Part shown: positions 9,053 through 18,226 of the stretch, one piece after another
Layout: every line of letters starts with the position of its first letter
Numbering within the stretch: position 1 is the stretch's first letter
Source of the DNA: a virus
Lineage: Duplodnaviria; Caudoviricetes
Virus record (IMG/VR): IMGVR_UViG_3300025671_000082
Location: 1-54,824 of that record
Length of the DNA stretch: 54,824 bases
Reading direction: 5' to 3' (one strand)
Notes under the pieces: generated by a model
Seen by the model: the letters and a program-made list of their open reading frames with translations, nothing else
Database searches by the model: none
What the model was told of the DNA's origin: nothing
Made by a program: the position numbers and the translations under genes

Positions 9053-9499
9053 CTAATACCTCTTTTTAATTGCTTTGATATATTTCTTAGTAGTTTCTGT
9101 AATAGCTTCTTTAGGTATAAACCTAACCTGACCGATAACTCGATTATAAAACCTAGGCGTTTTTCCGTCAGGTAGTCGTTCAGTTAAACACTCTGAAACC
9201 ATTTGGGAGTAAGCTTCTGAGTAGTAAAGCCCTCCTTTTGTTTTATAAACATCCACGATTTCAAAGTTAAAAGAATCGTAGCCTAGGGTTTTAATATCGC
9301 TTTGAAGGTGAGTAGATGATCCTATATAAGTTCGCCAAAGGCTTTCTTTTCCATGACCTTTGGCACTTGCTTTTTTACCTACACGCCAGAACTGCTTTTT
9401 ACCCCAGTAAAACTGATTGCTAGATTTATTTTGAATACAATACAAGAAACCAAATGCTTCAGAAGGATTGACTTTGACTTTAGAAGTCCAATGCCCCAT
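9053..9499 (-). CDS. GIY-YIG-like endonuclease (start reassigned to ATG 9499)
   Basis: GFLY...YWGKK motif and C-terminal FYN; this start avoids overlap with the exonuclease. Confidence 0.6.
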   Translation of the reverse strand: MGHWTSKVKVNPSEAFGFLYCIQNKSSNQFYWGKKQFWRVGKKASAKGHGKESLWRTYIGSSTHLQSDIKTLGYDSFNFEIVDVYKTKGGLYYSEAYSQMVSECLTERLPDGKTPRFYNRVIGQVRFIPKEAITETTKKYIKAIKKRY

Positions 9500-9500
9500 T

Positions 9501-10223
9501 TCATTCTTTAATAGCGGCTTCGTATACTTCCCTTTTGATTCGGAAGTGATCATTAAATTTTCTCCAAATATGGATAAGACGCCCGTTAGCAAGAAGGTAA
9601 GAATAACCTTCATCCCCGTGAGCGTTGTGATACGCTTTACATACAGCGTTGCGCAGCTCTTCGTGAGTGCCAGCGTCAGCTAAAAGTTTTTCAGCCTTTT
9701 TCGGACCTACTCTCCTTAGCCCCGGTATGTTATCAACACTATCACCTGTTAAAATTTGTTGCCAGTAGAAACGATTAGCGTATTTTTCGGTGATTTGATA
9801 GATTTGTTTAGTCCGAGGATTATAGTGAGTTCCTGGAATACAATCCAAATCTTTATCTACAGACACAACAACACGGTTGATACCTGCATTATCACACTCT
9901 AAAGACCATATACGGACAAGATCGTCAGCTTCACAGTTGTTAGTTTCCTCACAACCTTCAAGTTGAGCAGCCCAAGTTTTTAGATTACCAAACCAATCAG
10001 GTCTGTTGTCTTTGGCTTTCTTCCTGTTTGCTTTATAGTCAGGAAACAAGTCTACTCGAAAGTTATCAGGACCGCCAATAGCCATAACATAGTTAGTAGT
10101 AAACAAGCTATTTAAAACACCATCAAGAAGATCTTTAAACTTAGATTTTCCTTCTTCTAGTGTTTCGCTATTCCATATAGACATGTATAATAATACATCA
10201 CCATCAATGATAGCTATAGTCAT
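9501..10223 (-). CDS. 5'-3' exonuclease (T7 gp6/RNase H-like)
   Basis: IDGD, YKANR, EADD, DKD and GDSVDNIPG helix-hairpin-helix motifs. Confidence 0.92.
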   Translation of the reverse strand: MTIAIIDGDVLLYMSIWNSETLEEGKSKFKDLLDGVLNSLFTTNYVMAIGGPDNFRVDLFPDYKANRKKAKDNRPDWFGNLKTWAAQLEGCEETNNCEADDLVRIWSLECDNAGINRVVVSVDKDLDCIPGTHYNPRTKQIYQITEKYANRFYWQQILTGDSVDNIPGLRRVGPKKAEKLLADAGTHEELRNAVCKAYHNAHGDEGYSYLLANGRLIHIWRKFNDHFRIKREVYEAAIKE

Positions 10224-10263
10224 AGTAATACTCCTTTAGTTAACCCTCCGATGGGGCCTCTGG

Positions 10264-10281
10264 TCATAAGGGTCAAGTATT
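10264..10281 (-). promoter_or_regulatory. Class A motif upstream of the exonuclease/primase operon
   Basis: Exact 18-mer repeat, intergenic. Confidence 0.7.
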
Positions 10282-10289
10282 TTTTTCCT

Positions 10290-10694
10290 TTAAATTTGAT
10301 CTACTTGTACCTCTAATTGCTCTAAAAGTTTTAGACCTTTTACGTTTTTATACTCTTTATCGTAGACCACGCGAGAGAACCCAGACTGTACAAGAAGACG
10401 ACTACACTTAATACAAGGCGCAGTAGTGCAGTACAAAGTAGCTCCGTCGCTACTATTACCCTGTCTTGAAAGTTTAGAGATGAGATTTTCTTCTGCGTGG
10501 AGGACACAATCCTTAGTTCTTCCTGTAGCCGCGTCGATGTCTTCATTTGTATACCACCCTGTTGGTGTTCCATTGATTCCAATTCCGATTACATTACTAT
10601 TTTTAACAGCGATAGCCCCAACCTTCAGCTTGTTTGCTTTAGATTGTTTAGCAGCAGCATGAGCTATCTCCATAAACATTTGATCCCAAACCAT
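10290..10694 (-). CDS. dCMP deaminase
   Basis: HAEEN and PCxxC zinc motifs; NGTP. Confidence 0.9.
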   Translation of the reverse strand: MVWDQMFMEIAHAAAKQSKANKLKVGAIAVKNSNVIGIGINGTPTGWYTNEDIDAATGRTKDCVLHAEENLISKLSRQGNSSDGATLYCTTAPCIKCSRLLVQSGFSRVVYDKEYKNVKGLKLLEQLEVQVDQI

Positions 10695-10695
10695 A

Positions 10696-10965
10696 TTATC
10701 CTTTCCCGTTTAAAGCCCGATGCTCTAACTTGGCTATGTTTCGTTTCATAAGTTTCTCCAAGGAACAACCTTCTCCCAAAGCCATACTAGTTATATACCA
10801 CAGGCAATCGGCAAGTTCATCTAACATTGCTTCAGTGTCTCCTGCTTCTTCTGATGCTTTTACTTCCTTAGCTTCCTCCATTAGACCATTTGCAAGATTA
10901 TTACTATGCCGATGGCTAGTTTCATGGAAGTCTGAAACGAGAAACTCATAGTTTTCTTTACGCAT
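10696..10965 (-). CDS. MazG-like nucleotide pyrophosphohydrolase
   Basis: EExxEV...DELAD motif; N..KL..R tail. Confidence 0.75.
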   Translation of the reverse strand: MRKENYEFLVSDFHETSHRHSNNLANGLMEEAKEVKASEEAGDTEAMLDELADCLWYITSMALGEGCSLEKLMKRNIAKLEHRALNGKG

Positions 10966-11708
10966 AGTAAACCCCTTCTGGTTTGTTCATTGCATCAAGG
11001 ATGTTTTTGAATTGTTGAGCCGACATTATGATTAAGTCGTAACTGTTCCGAGTTTCGCTAAACTGACGAATAACCACAGAAGCATCGTCTATCATGACCT
11101 CTACATCACCTAACGAACCGCTTTGGTCTAACGTTGTGATAACGGTATCCTCGTCAAAGTGCTCTATTGTGTACATTACCACTTCCTTACTTTCCAATAA
11201 GCCCAGCAACGCATACAATGGTTTGCTCCAAAGATCACATCGATAACTTTGCTTAGGTTGAGTTTTCCTTGGCGTTTAGATTCATGCTGACGGGCCGAGA
11301 AAGTTTGACCAATCTCGCCCCCCAACAAAACATTAAACAACATTGAGCTGGCTATTCCGACTTTAAATAAATACTGTTTCATTGGTTTAATTCGTCTTGA
11401 ATTCCTTCTTCGTAGCCTGCCTCGTATCCGTCATTGTAGCCTTGCTCATACTCTGTTTCATTAGCGTTGTCATAACCTTGCTCATAACCCTCGTCATAAG
11501 CAGCTTCATACTCCGAAGTGTACTTTGACTCTGCTGCTTCAATTACATCAGCTTCGAGGTTTTCAATAAGGTCTACCAAGTCGTTTGTAACATAGATACC
11601 TTTAAATTTAAGTTCGTCGAAGAATTTGTCAAAGCGTCCACCGATTATTTCACATACAGGTGTCGTAATCATAGTAGTATTTCCCTTTTTTGTTGAAGTA
11701 TCTTTCAT
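10958..11708 (-). other. Three small hypothetical ORFs (about 10958-11176, 11176-11382, 11379-11708); the last has YxxGY repeats
   Basis: ORF track; starts uncertain. Confidence 0.55.
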
Positions 11709-11958
11709 AGATGTTCACAAGCCCCGCTTTATCAGGGTGTTTTCGAACCCACATACCTGTTGCGGGTTCAAAGTTCTTTTTAAAGAAGTTGTCAAGCTTC
11801 TTGTTACCAGTGCTTATACTGGTGTCAACTAGCTCTGACAGACTGTCAAACTCCGCATCAGACATTATGCTATCGTTTCTATACTCATAGGCATAAGCAG
11901 CAACAGCTAGTCTAATACGGAGCCTTATTTGCTCGTTAACGAACACAGGTGTAGACAC
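11650..11958 (-). CDS. Stand-alone protein resembling the N-terminal Ia subdomain of NAD-dependent DNA ligase
   Basis: AYAYEY..SIMSDAEFDSL matches the YY...xSDxEYD pattern; no KxDG adenylation motif. Confidence 0.6.
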   Translation of the reverse strand: MSTPVFVNEQIRLRIRLAVAAYAYEYRNDSIMSDAEFDSLSELVDTSISTGNKKLDNFFKKNFEPATGMWVRKHPDKAGLVNIYERYFNKKGKYYYDYDTCM

Positions 11959-12355
11959 GGTTGTCTAAGACTGTATAACTGTCTAACCCCAGCCAACTGA
12001 TACAACTAGTTACATCAGTCCAAGTACCTAGATACTCAGCAGTACCATCCAAGTATTTTAGAGTGCCTTGGTAAGCACTAGAACGGGGGGTACGTGGATT
12101 GAGAATAAGAACACAGCCTTGATCGTCTACGTAACCGCTTTCTGCAACAAACTCGTAGTAATCATTGTAACACATCATGTAACATTGTTCAAGTACTCCT
12201 TCAAAACTACCAATCCCAATTTTTGGGGTATAGCGAAGCTTTCCAAGAGCACGCTGTGTATCGAGGAACCTAGTGAACTTTGCAACAGTGTGAAGGTCTT
12301 TGTCGTTATCAATTGCAAAGATAACGTGGTTGTTGATAAGCTTAGTGAACGGCAT
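11936..12355 (-). CDS. Hypothetical protein
   Basis: ORF track. Confidence 0.6.
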   Translation of the reverse strand: MPFTKLINNHVIFAIDNDKDLHTVAKFTRFLDTQRALGKLRYTPKIGIGSFEGVLEQCYMMCYNDYYEFVAESGYVDDQGCVLILNPRTPRSSAYQGTLKYLDGTAEYLGTWTDVTSCISWLGLDSYTVLDNRVYTCVR

Positions 12356-14138
12356 AGTAGTCTTCTCCTATTTTACAATCACCGCAGGTCATGATATTTA
12401 CACCTAGTTGTTTAGGTGCTTCTTCAAAACAGCGCATGATGATTTCTTTTGTTTGTTCAGCTTGTTCTTCTTTTACTTCATAGGTTACTTCGTCGTGGTA
12501 GAACAAGAGGATAGAAGCGTCTAGTCCTGCTTTCTTGAGTTCTTCTTCGATCATAATGATAGTATACTTCATAACCACGGCTTCAGCACCTTGGATAAGG
12601 TAGTTGAGAGCCTTATGCGCAGATTCAGTATAAATTGGTCTATCATCTAAACCAAGAATATAACCTTGATTATCAACAATGGTCTGTACCTTGCTGATCA
12701 ATGCCTTCAACTGAGGCATAGCATCTAGGAACTGTTTCTTCTTTTTGTTACCTTCTTTCTCGTTTACTCCAAGAATTTGACCAAGCTTTTTACCACCAGC
12801 TCCATACAAGAAAGCAAAGATAAACGGTTTAGCAGTGGCACGAGAACAACCTAGAATATCTGCGTTCTTTTGGTGAATATCCCCTTCCAAGATAGTGTGA
12901 GTAAACTCTGGGTCTTTAAGATAGTGAGCCAACAGACGTAGCTGACAAGCAGCAGAGTCAGCCGAAACTAGTTTGTAACCATTTCTAGAAATAAACAGTT
13001 TACGGATTTCTGGACCTAATACAGCTTTACCACTAGGTAGGTTAGCGATAATCTTATGAGTCTGTCGGTAGGTAGGTGTGCCGATGTTAAATACATCACC
13101 GTGCAGTCGTGAGTCTTTATCTACGTGTTCGAACCAACCTTTGATGATAGAGCCTCTAGACCGTAGAGTATAGTACTCCATAAGAGCCTGACCTGTCTTT
13201 CCAAGTTTTTCCAGAGAGCTATCTGAAAGCTTTGGGGATACCTTAACAAACTGGCCGTTGATTTTCTTCCAGTTCCACTCGTCAGGTTTCCAGTCAAGCT
13301 TATACAAGTGCCGCTTAACAGTATCAGTGTTACCCACATCACCTTGTATAAACTCAACTCGGCTAAACGGACCCCAGACGGGGCAATCCTCAACTGTACA
13401 CTTATCGTCAAGCTCAAACCACTTACTCATCCAAGCAACAGGCTTCCCTGCTTTTGTAAACTTAGGTGACTTCGGTTCACTGTCTACTGCCTTTACTCTT
13501 GCAGAAAGATTCGGATTGATAAAGCCTTCGATAGCCTTCATTTTGTTTTCAACTGTTTTAAGAAGTTCTTCTGCTTCTTTAACGTTGAACAACCAGCCAT
13601 TACGGTTTTGCTTTACCATGATATGATCCATTTGCATCTCAGACCGCAAAGCCCGTAGAATATTTTTTGAACCACTCATTTCAACGAAGTTCTTTACTTC
13701 TTGCATAAGATGATTGTAAACACGAGTACCCAGCCGGACGTCTTGCTTCATGTATTCAAACATCTCTTCGTTGAACTCATCCCAACCCCCGTTGTAGTCG
13801 CCTTTCTGATCTCCGAAAGCTTCACCCCACTGTTTTAGAGAGTGACCAAAGCCAAATCGCCGATAGTTAAGCATTTGGGACATAACTTTAGTACACTGTA
13901 CTGTTGCTTTAGGTTTCCACGTACCCCCAGAGAGGATACGCAGTGCTTCAATATCGTAACCAAAAGCATTATGAGCAATGATTACTTTAGCGGAGTCAAG
14001 AAGGTCCAAGAACTCTTGTAACTGATTTGGCCTGAACCAATACTCTTCTCCGGTGTCTACATCCTTAGCGCCACCACAGTGGAACTTAGATACAGTCGTT
14101 AAGAGGCCATTTGCCTCAATGTCGAATACTAACTTCAT
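12342..14138 (-). CDS. Family A DNA polymerase with 3'-5' exonuclease (T7 gp5-like)
   Basis: FDIEANGL and HN exonuclease motifs; motif A ADSAACQLR, motif B RATAKPFIFAFLYG, motif C YHDE. Confidence 0.95.
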   Translation of the reverse strand: MKLVFDIEANGLLTTVSKFHCGGAKDVDTGEEYWFRPNQLQEFLDLLDSAKVIIAHNAFGYDIEALRILSGGTWKPKATVQCTKVMSQMLNYRRFGFGHSLKQWGEAFGDQKGDYNGGWDEFNEEMFEYMKQDVRLGTRVYNHLMQEVKNFVEMSGSKNILRALRSEMQMDHIMVKQNRNGWLFNVKEAEELLKTVENKMKAIEGFINPNLSARVKAVDSEPKSPKFTKAGKPVAWMSKWFELDDKCTVEDCPVWGPFSRVEFIQGDVGNTDTVKRHLYKLDWKPDEWNWKKINGQFVKVSPKLSDSSLEKLGKTGQALMEYYTLRSRGSIIKGWFEHVDKDSRLHGDVFNIGTPTYRQTHKIIANLPSGKAVLGPEIRKLFISRNGYKLVSADSAACQLRLLAHYLKDPEFTHTILEGDIHQKNADILGCSRATAKPFIFAFLYGAGGKKLGQILGVNEKEGNKKKKQFLDAMPQLKALISKVQTIVDNQGYILGLDDRPIYTESAHKALNYLIQGAEAVVMKYTIIMIEEELKKAGLDASILLFYHDEVTYEVKEEQAEQTKEIIMRCFEEAPKQLGVNIMTCGDCKIGEDYYAVH

Positions 14139-14486
14139 AAGGTCTCCTAGCTTGTTAGTGATTATTGTTTAGTCGCCGTACATATCCGACAACATTACAC
14201 GAGCTTCCGCATCTTTATAAAGCTCATAGGCTTCATTAGCCTTATACACGCAAGTATGGATAGTCCATCCGTCGTGTAAAGTCTGATACAGTTTTGCCAT
14301 AGCTCGGATTTGGCGTAGTCTAGTGTCGATTTTCATAGTCTTTAATTACCCACTCCAGAAGGGCTTTGGCCTCTACAAGATGATCAAATGCAGCATCAAG
14401 GTCATTAGACTCAAGCTTATGAGTTTCATGTAAGTAATGCTGCGCAGCTTCGACCATGCTTAACGATGTCTTTATGTCTTTTAGCA

Positions 14487-14993
14487 TTAAGAACGCCCTT
14501 TAATTGTGTTTACGAGATACTTGGCATACCACTCAATCTTTTTGGCATCTTGCAAGTCTGCATCTTTCTTACCCAGTCGGCAAGCATACCTGAAGATTTG
14601 ACCAAGCGCATGTGCTTCGACCCCTGTGTGATGGGCCAAAATGTATTCCATCAGATCCATGTATTCAAGACCTTCTGGGAACTTTTCATAGGCTTCTGGT
14701 GGGATCATTTTGTAGTGAGCAGGATTAATGATAGCATCTTGTTGTTCATCGTTCATGTCGCCAAAGTCACCATGAAAGTCTACTTCTGATGCTTTTACTT
14801 TCTTAACTTCTTGATCCCCGATCCAGGTTATACCGTTAACAACGCCAGTGGCATCAGTACGAAACTCAAGTGGTGTTTCTACCGGCTCCACAATTTCCAT
14901 ACCGTCATGTTCTTGTTCGATCATTTCCACTTTCTTCTCCTGTTCGTCAAAACAACGCTCTTCTTCCTTTTTTTTGTAACCCTGCCCTCCCAA
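14487..14993 (-). CDS. DUF3310-like protein (start uncertain)
   Basis: INPAHY...RY..R.GKK....QD..K..WY pattern. Confidence 0.65.
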   Translation of the reverse strand: MGGQGYKKKEEERCFDEQEKKVEMIEQEHDGMEIVEPVETPLEFRTDATGVVNGITWIGDQEVKKVKASEVDFHGDFGDMNDEQQDAIINPAHYKMIPPEAYEKFPEGLEYMDLMEYILAHHTGVEAHALGQIFRYACRLGKKDADLQDAKKIEWYAKYLVNTIKGRS

Positions 14994-16119
14994 CTGTCAA
15001 GGCTGAGGTCACACCTGAGTTCGGCTAGAGGTATTTCTCCGTCCTTACAGTAGGCCAGAATGTAGCCATCGGTTGCTACGTTTTGAAAATCTCCTTCATC
15101 ATACTCCCAATTTAGAGAGTCGATAGCAAATTGAAAGGTGTAGGGACCGCGCATTCTCACCTCATCATCATTGTAGACCACGTAGTAATGATAGTTGCGG
15201 TCTTCAGTGGGTAGTTTATCCTTGTGCTTTTCTTCTTCTTCTGCTTTCAGGCGTTTAATCACTCGATTTTCCTCTTTTTTGTTGAAGTAGCCAGTGTCTT
15301 TAAAGAAATCTTTAACTTCTTCTCGTGTGTAGAGCCATACCGTATCTCTGTTAGGTCTCTCTATCTCCATAAACGGTTCTATACGGGTCTTTGTGTGAGG
15401 GTGAGTCAGGTGGTTATTCCAGCAAAAAAGAGCTGCTTTGTAATCTGTGGTGATGAGTTCGGGCTGGGAAAAATACACCCAAACCTTATAGATTGTTTCC
15501 ATAGTTCTCTTCTGCTTTCAGCTTTTGAATGTGTCGTTTCAGGTCAGCTTTGTTGTCAAAGCCATACATTTGTGCGGCAAGTTGTTCTGCTTCATAGCGG
15601 GAATAACATGCCTCGTACTCAAGGATAGCACAACGTTCTTCGTACATATCCTCCAGTAGTTCCCACTCAGCAATCCGGTAGTTCACGTTTGTTTACCTCT
15701 CCGTTTATCGTGTAAGCTTTGATTTCGGGCGTTCCTTTAAGACTCATTTTAAGTACTGTGTAGAGAGCCTCAGAGGCAGGCGCTTTGGTAGCCTTGACGT
15801 AGAAACTACCCCCAAGGTATGGGTTGTAGGAAACGTCCAGAGAGGGGCCACTCTCTGCCCCTACGCTGTCTACCGTTTCACCCACTACAAACGCATGTAC
15901 ATTCTTACACTGCTCTTTCAGAACTTTTTGACGACCAGCCTCACGAACAACAAACTTCGAATTCTTCAAGATGACGTGATCAGTGTGCTTGATTACTTTA
16001 CCGTAGTCCTCTTTGTTTCGAGATTGCAAAGAAAACGTCTTTTTGTGAAGATTATAGTAGACAGCAACTTTCATTTTAACCTCCTTTTGCAATATTCCAG
16101 TTATACTTATCCAGACCAC
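14921..16119 (-). other. Three hypothetical ORFs (14921-15502, 15486-15686, 15667-about 16074)
   Basis: ORF track; coupled arrangement. Confidence 0.6.
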
Positions 16120-16462
16120 CGGGATTAGCTTCTTCTCGTAGCCTTCCCTCCCAATAGTAAGCTTGTTCTTTAGTAAGACCTGTCATTACCTCTTTAACAT
16201 CCCAACCATATTTAGCCATTTGATTATGGACGTGTCGAGTTTTACGTACATAACGATCATCTAAACCTTCAATAATCTCATACTCATAACGTTTACGAAC
16301 CCCTTCAATATTTAGCTTAGAAACGCCAATATAGCCTTGGTGTATCCCACGATGTTTTCCCGGACAGAAAATATGATAAACCATATAACTACCGGGGTCG
16401 CGCCCTTTACGAACTCCAGGATTTTCCTTATATACTTTAGTCATATTACCAGTCATTTTCAT
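16076..16462 (-). CDS. GIY-YIG-like nuclease
   Basis: VYHI...GYIGVS, conserved R and E, C-terminal WN...GG. Confidence 0.55.
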   Translation of the reverse strand: MKMTGNMTKVYKENPGVRKGRDPGSYMVYHIFCPGKHRGIHQGYIGVSKLNIEGVRKRYEYEIIEGLDDRYVRKTRHVHNQMAKYGWDVKEVMTGLTKEQAYYWEGRLREEANPGGLDKYNWNIAKGG

Positions 16463-16899
16463 CAGTAATATTCCTTTACTGCTTCAACTGCGTCTTCAAG
16501 TGTGTAGTGTTTTTCAGTAGCCATTGACTCTAAGAAAGGATGAACAAGGTCACCTTCATTTGCCCACAGGATAATGATCTTATTCTTCATGTGAGCAAAC
16601 ATTAGTTCCATTGCTGTTCCTGTACCTCGACCAGAGTCTCGCCTAACATCCGCAAGTACTACACGGGATTGGGCAATATCGTGCAAGTCTTGTTTAAAGA
16701 TGCGTTTACAGACGTTCATAGTCTTAGTAACATCTTGCAGGTTTTCACTTAGCTGGTCGTGGAAGCTTACACGGCGGGTAGGGTCGAGGACATTAATACC
16801 TGCATAAGCAAGATCAATTCCCGCTGATTCTCGCCAACTTGTCATGTGTTCTCGGGAACAGTCTTCCATTGGACCGGCAAGATATACATGGTCTTTCAT
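16462..16899 (-). CDS. Nucleoside 2-deoxyribosyltransferase-like protein
   Basis: VYLAGPM, D...I and GTAMEL motifs. Confidence 0.8.
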   Translation of the reverse strand: MKDHVYLAGPMEDCSREHMTSWRESAGIDLAYAGINVLDPTRRVSFHDQLSENLQDVTKTMNVCKRIFKQDLHDIAQSRVVLADVRRDSGRGTGTAMELMFAHMKNKIIILWANEGDLVHPFLESMATEKHYTLEDAVEAVKEYY

Positions 16900-17178
16900 T
16901 TACTTCTCCTGATGTAGTTTATTTATGTGGTCGATGAAGCAGCCAATAATCACGAGATCCCTTTCACGACTGTCTCCTTTTTTAACAAAGTTAAACAGGA
17001 TATCTATAGGAAAACTTGAGTAGTCTCCCATTTCACCGTATCTTAGGCAGTACTCGTAACCTTTATAGTTGTCATGGAAGAAGTACAAGTCATACTTTTT
17101 CCCGTCGATTTCGACAGTACCATAGAATTCTTCTTCTGTATGCCTACAGTCGTTTGGGAATGCGCGATTAGTACACAT
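16900..17178 (-). CDS. Hypothetical protein
   Basis: ORF track. Confidence 0.55.
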   Translation of the reverse strand: MCTNRAFPNDCRHTEEEFYGTVEIDGKKYDLYFFHDNYKGYEYCLRYGEMGDYSSFPIDILFNFVKKGDSRERDLVIIGCFIDHINKLHQEK

Positions 17179-17357
17179 TAAGATTTTTCCTCGTTTGTGA
17201 TTTTAGCAGCCAAGTTCCAAGCCATGATTGCAGCAGTTGTTGCCATAGCTTTTTCAGACCCATTAAGGTTGTCAAGCCAAGTTTGGAGTTCTTCCCAAGA
17301 CTCAGGTGTATGGAAAAACCCCACTTCTTGTATTTTCATTTTAGTCTCCTAACTGAT

Positions 17358-17385
17358 AAAAAAGGCCACCCCCGCAGGGATGACC
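17358..17385 (-). terminator. Rho-independent terminator after SSB
   Basis: GGUCAUCCC-UGCG-GGGGUGGCC followed by U6. Confidence 0.85.
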
Positions 17386-17406
17386 GATTGTTTCGATTCT
17401 TATTGT

Positions 17407-17943
17407 TTAGAAGTCAAGATCGTCCAAGTTGTCTTCGAACATGTCTTCATCAACTTCTTGGTTGTCTGCGACTTTGTTTACCTTGTATTCAGTAGGGGTA
17501 AATCCACCTTGTTTTGGTGCAGGCTTGTACTCATTAAGGGTGGTGATTTGGACACCCATCAGCATAGAAGCAACACCATCACTTCCGTTAACACTGTAAG
17601 AATACTGGAACACAGAAAGGTTAGCAATAGAACCATTGCCGATAGTAGAAGGGTCAACAGGCGACAGATCACCAGCAACAACATTTACAGGTGCCATGTC
17701 AGAGCCATCACGCTTCTTGGACTTCTTCTTCAAGTTAGCGCGATAGAATACACCTTCATCATTTTCATCTGGTGTTACTTTGAGGTTGTTTTCTTTCCAG
17801 TACTTGGCTACTGCTTTATCCTTTGTACGGATTTGAACTTCCCAAGTAGGGTTCTCTTTGTTGAAACGAGCATTAGGATACTGAGGATCCAGTTTAGCAA
17901 AGTACAGTTCAACGTCGTTCAGGATGATTGTGTTATTAGCCAT
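17407..17943 (-). CDS. Single-stranded DNA-binding protein (T7 gp2.5-like)
   Basis: IGNGS and GVQI motifs; acidic tail ending in Phe. Confidence 0.8.
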   Translation of the reverse strand: MANNTIILNDVELYFAKLDPQYPNARFNKENPTWEVQIRTKDKAVAKYWKENNLKVTPDENDEGVFYRANLKKKSKKRDGSDMAPVNVVAGDLSPVDPSTIGNGSIANLSVFQYSYSVNGSDGVASMLMGVQITTLNEYKPAPKQGGFTPTEYKVNKVADNQEVDEDMFEDNLDDLDF

Positions 17944-18005
17944 GATATTTCTTCCTTATGGGATATAAATTGAGATTTGTATTGTGTAGTTTTAGACCTC
18001 TGTGG

Positions 18006-18023
18006 TCATAAGGGTCAAGTATT
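18006..18023 (-). promoter_or_regulatory. Class A motif upstream of SSB and DNA polymerase operon
   Basis: Exact 18-mer repeat; first copy downstream of the stand-alone RNAP gene. Confidence 0.7.
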
Positions 18024-18037
18024 TTTTGCCCTTATTT

Positions 18038-18226
18038 TTATACGATAAACCAACTACGGTTTAGGTCTTCAGTGTAGAGTTCTGCGTAGAACTCAAATTC
18101 AGAGTCGCCGGGATTAACCAGCACCTCAAGATACTCTTCCTCTGGACCAATAGCTTGGACATAGCAGGGTGCTCTTTCTCCTTCAAACTCTACCATGATT
18201 GTGCTTCCGATCTTAGGCAAAAGCAT
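18038..18226 (-). CDS. Small hypothetical protein
   Basis: ORF track. Confidence 0.55.
   Translation of the reverse strand: MLLPKIGSTIMVEFEGERAPCYVQAIGPEEEYLEVLVNPGDSEFEFYAELYTEDLNRSWFIV

Noticed and set aside
13647-13657. Partial motif C (caaagcccgta) in the DNA polymerase gene
   Set aside because: 11-bp match within coding sequence; not counted as a site
16462-16899. DNA base-modification pathway (with deaminase, MazG, odd ThyX)
   Set aside because: These are common phage nucleotide-pool enzymes; no recognisable modification genes (purZ, queuosine pathway, hydroxymethylase, glycosyltransferase) in the window
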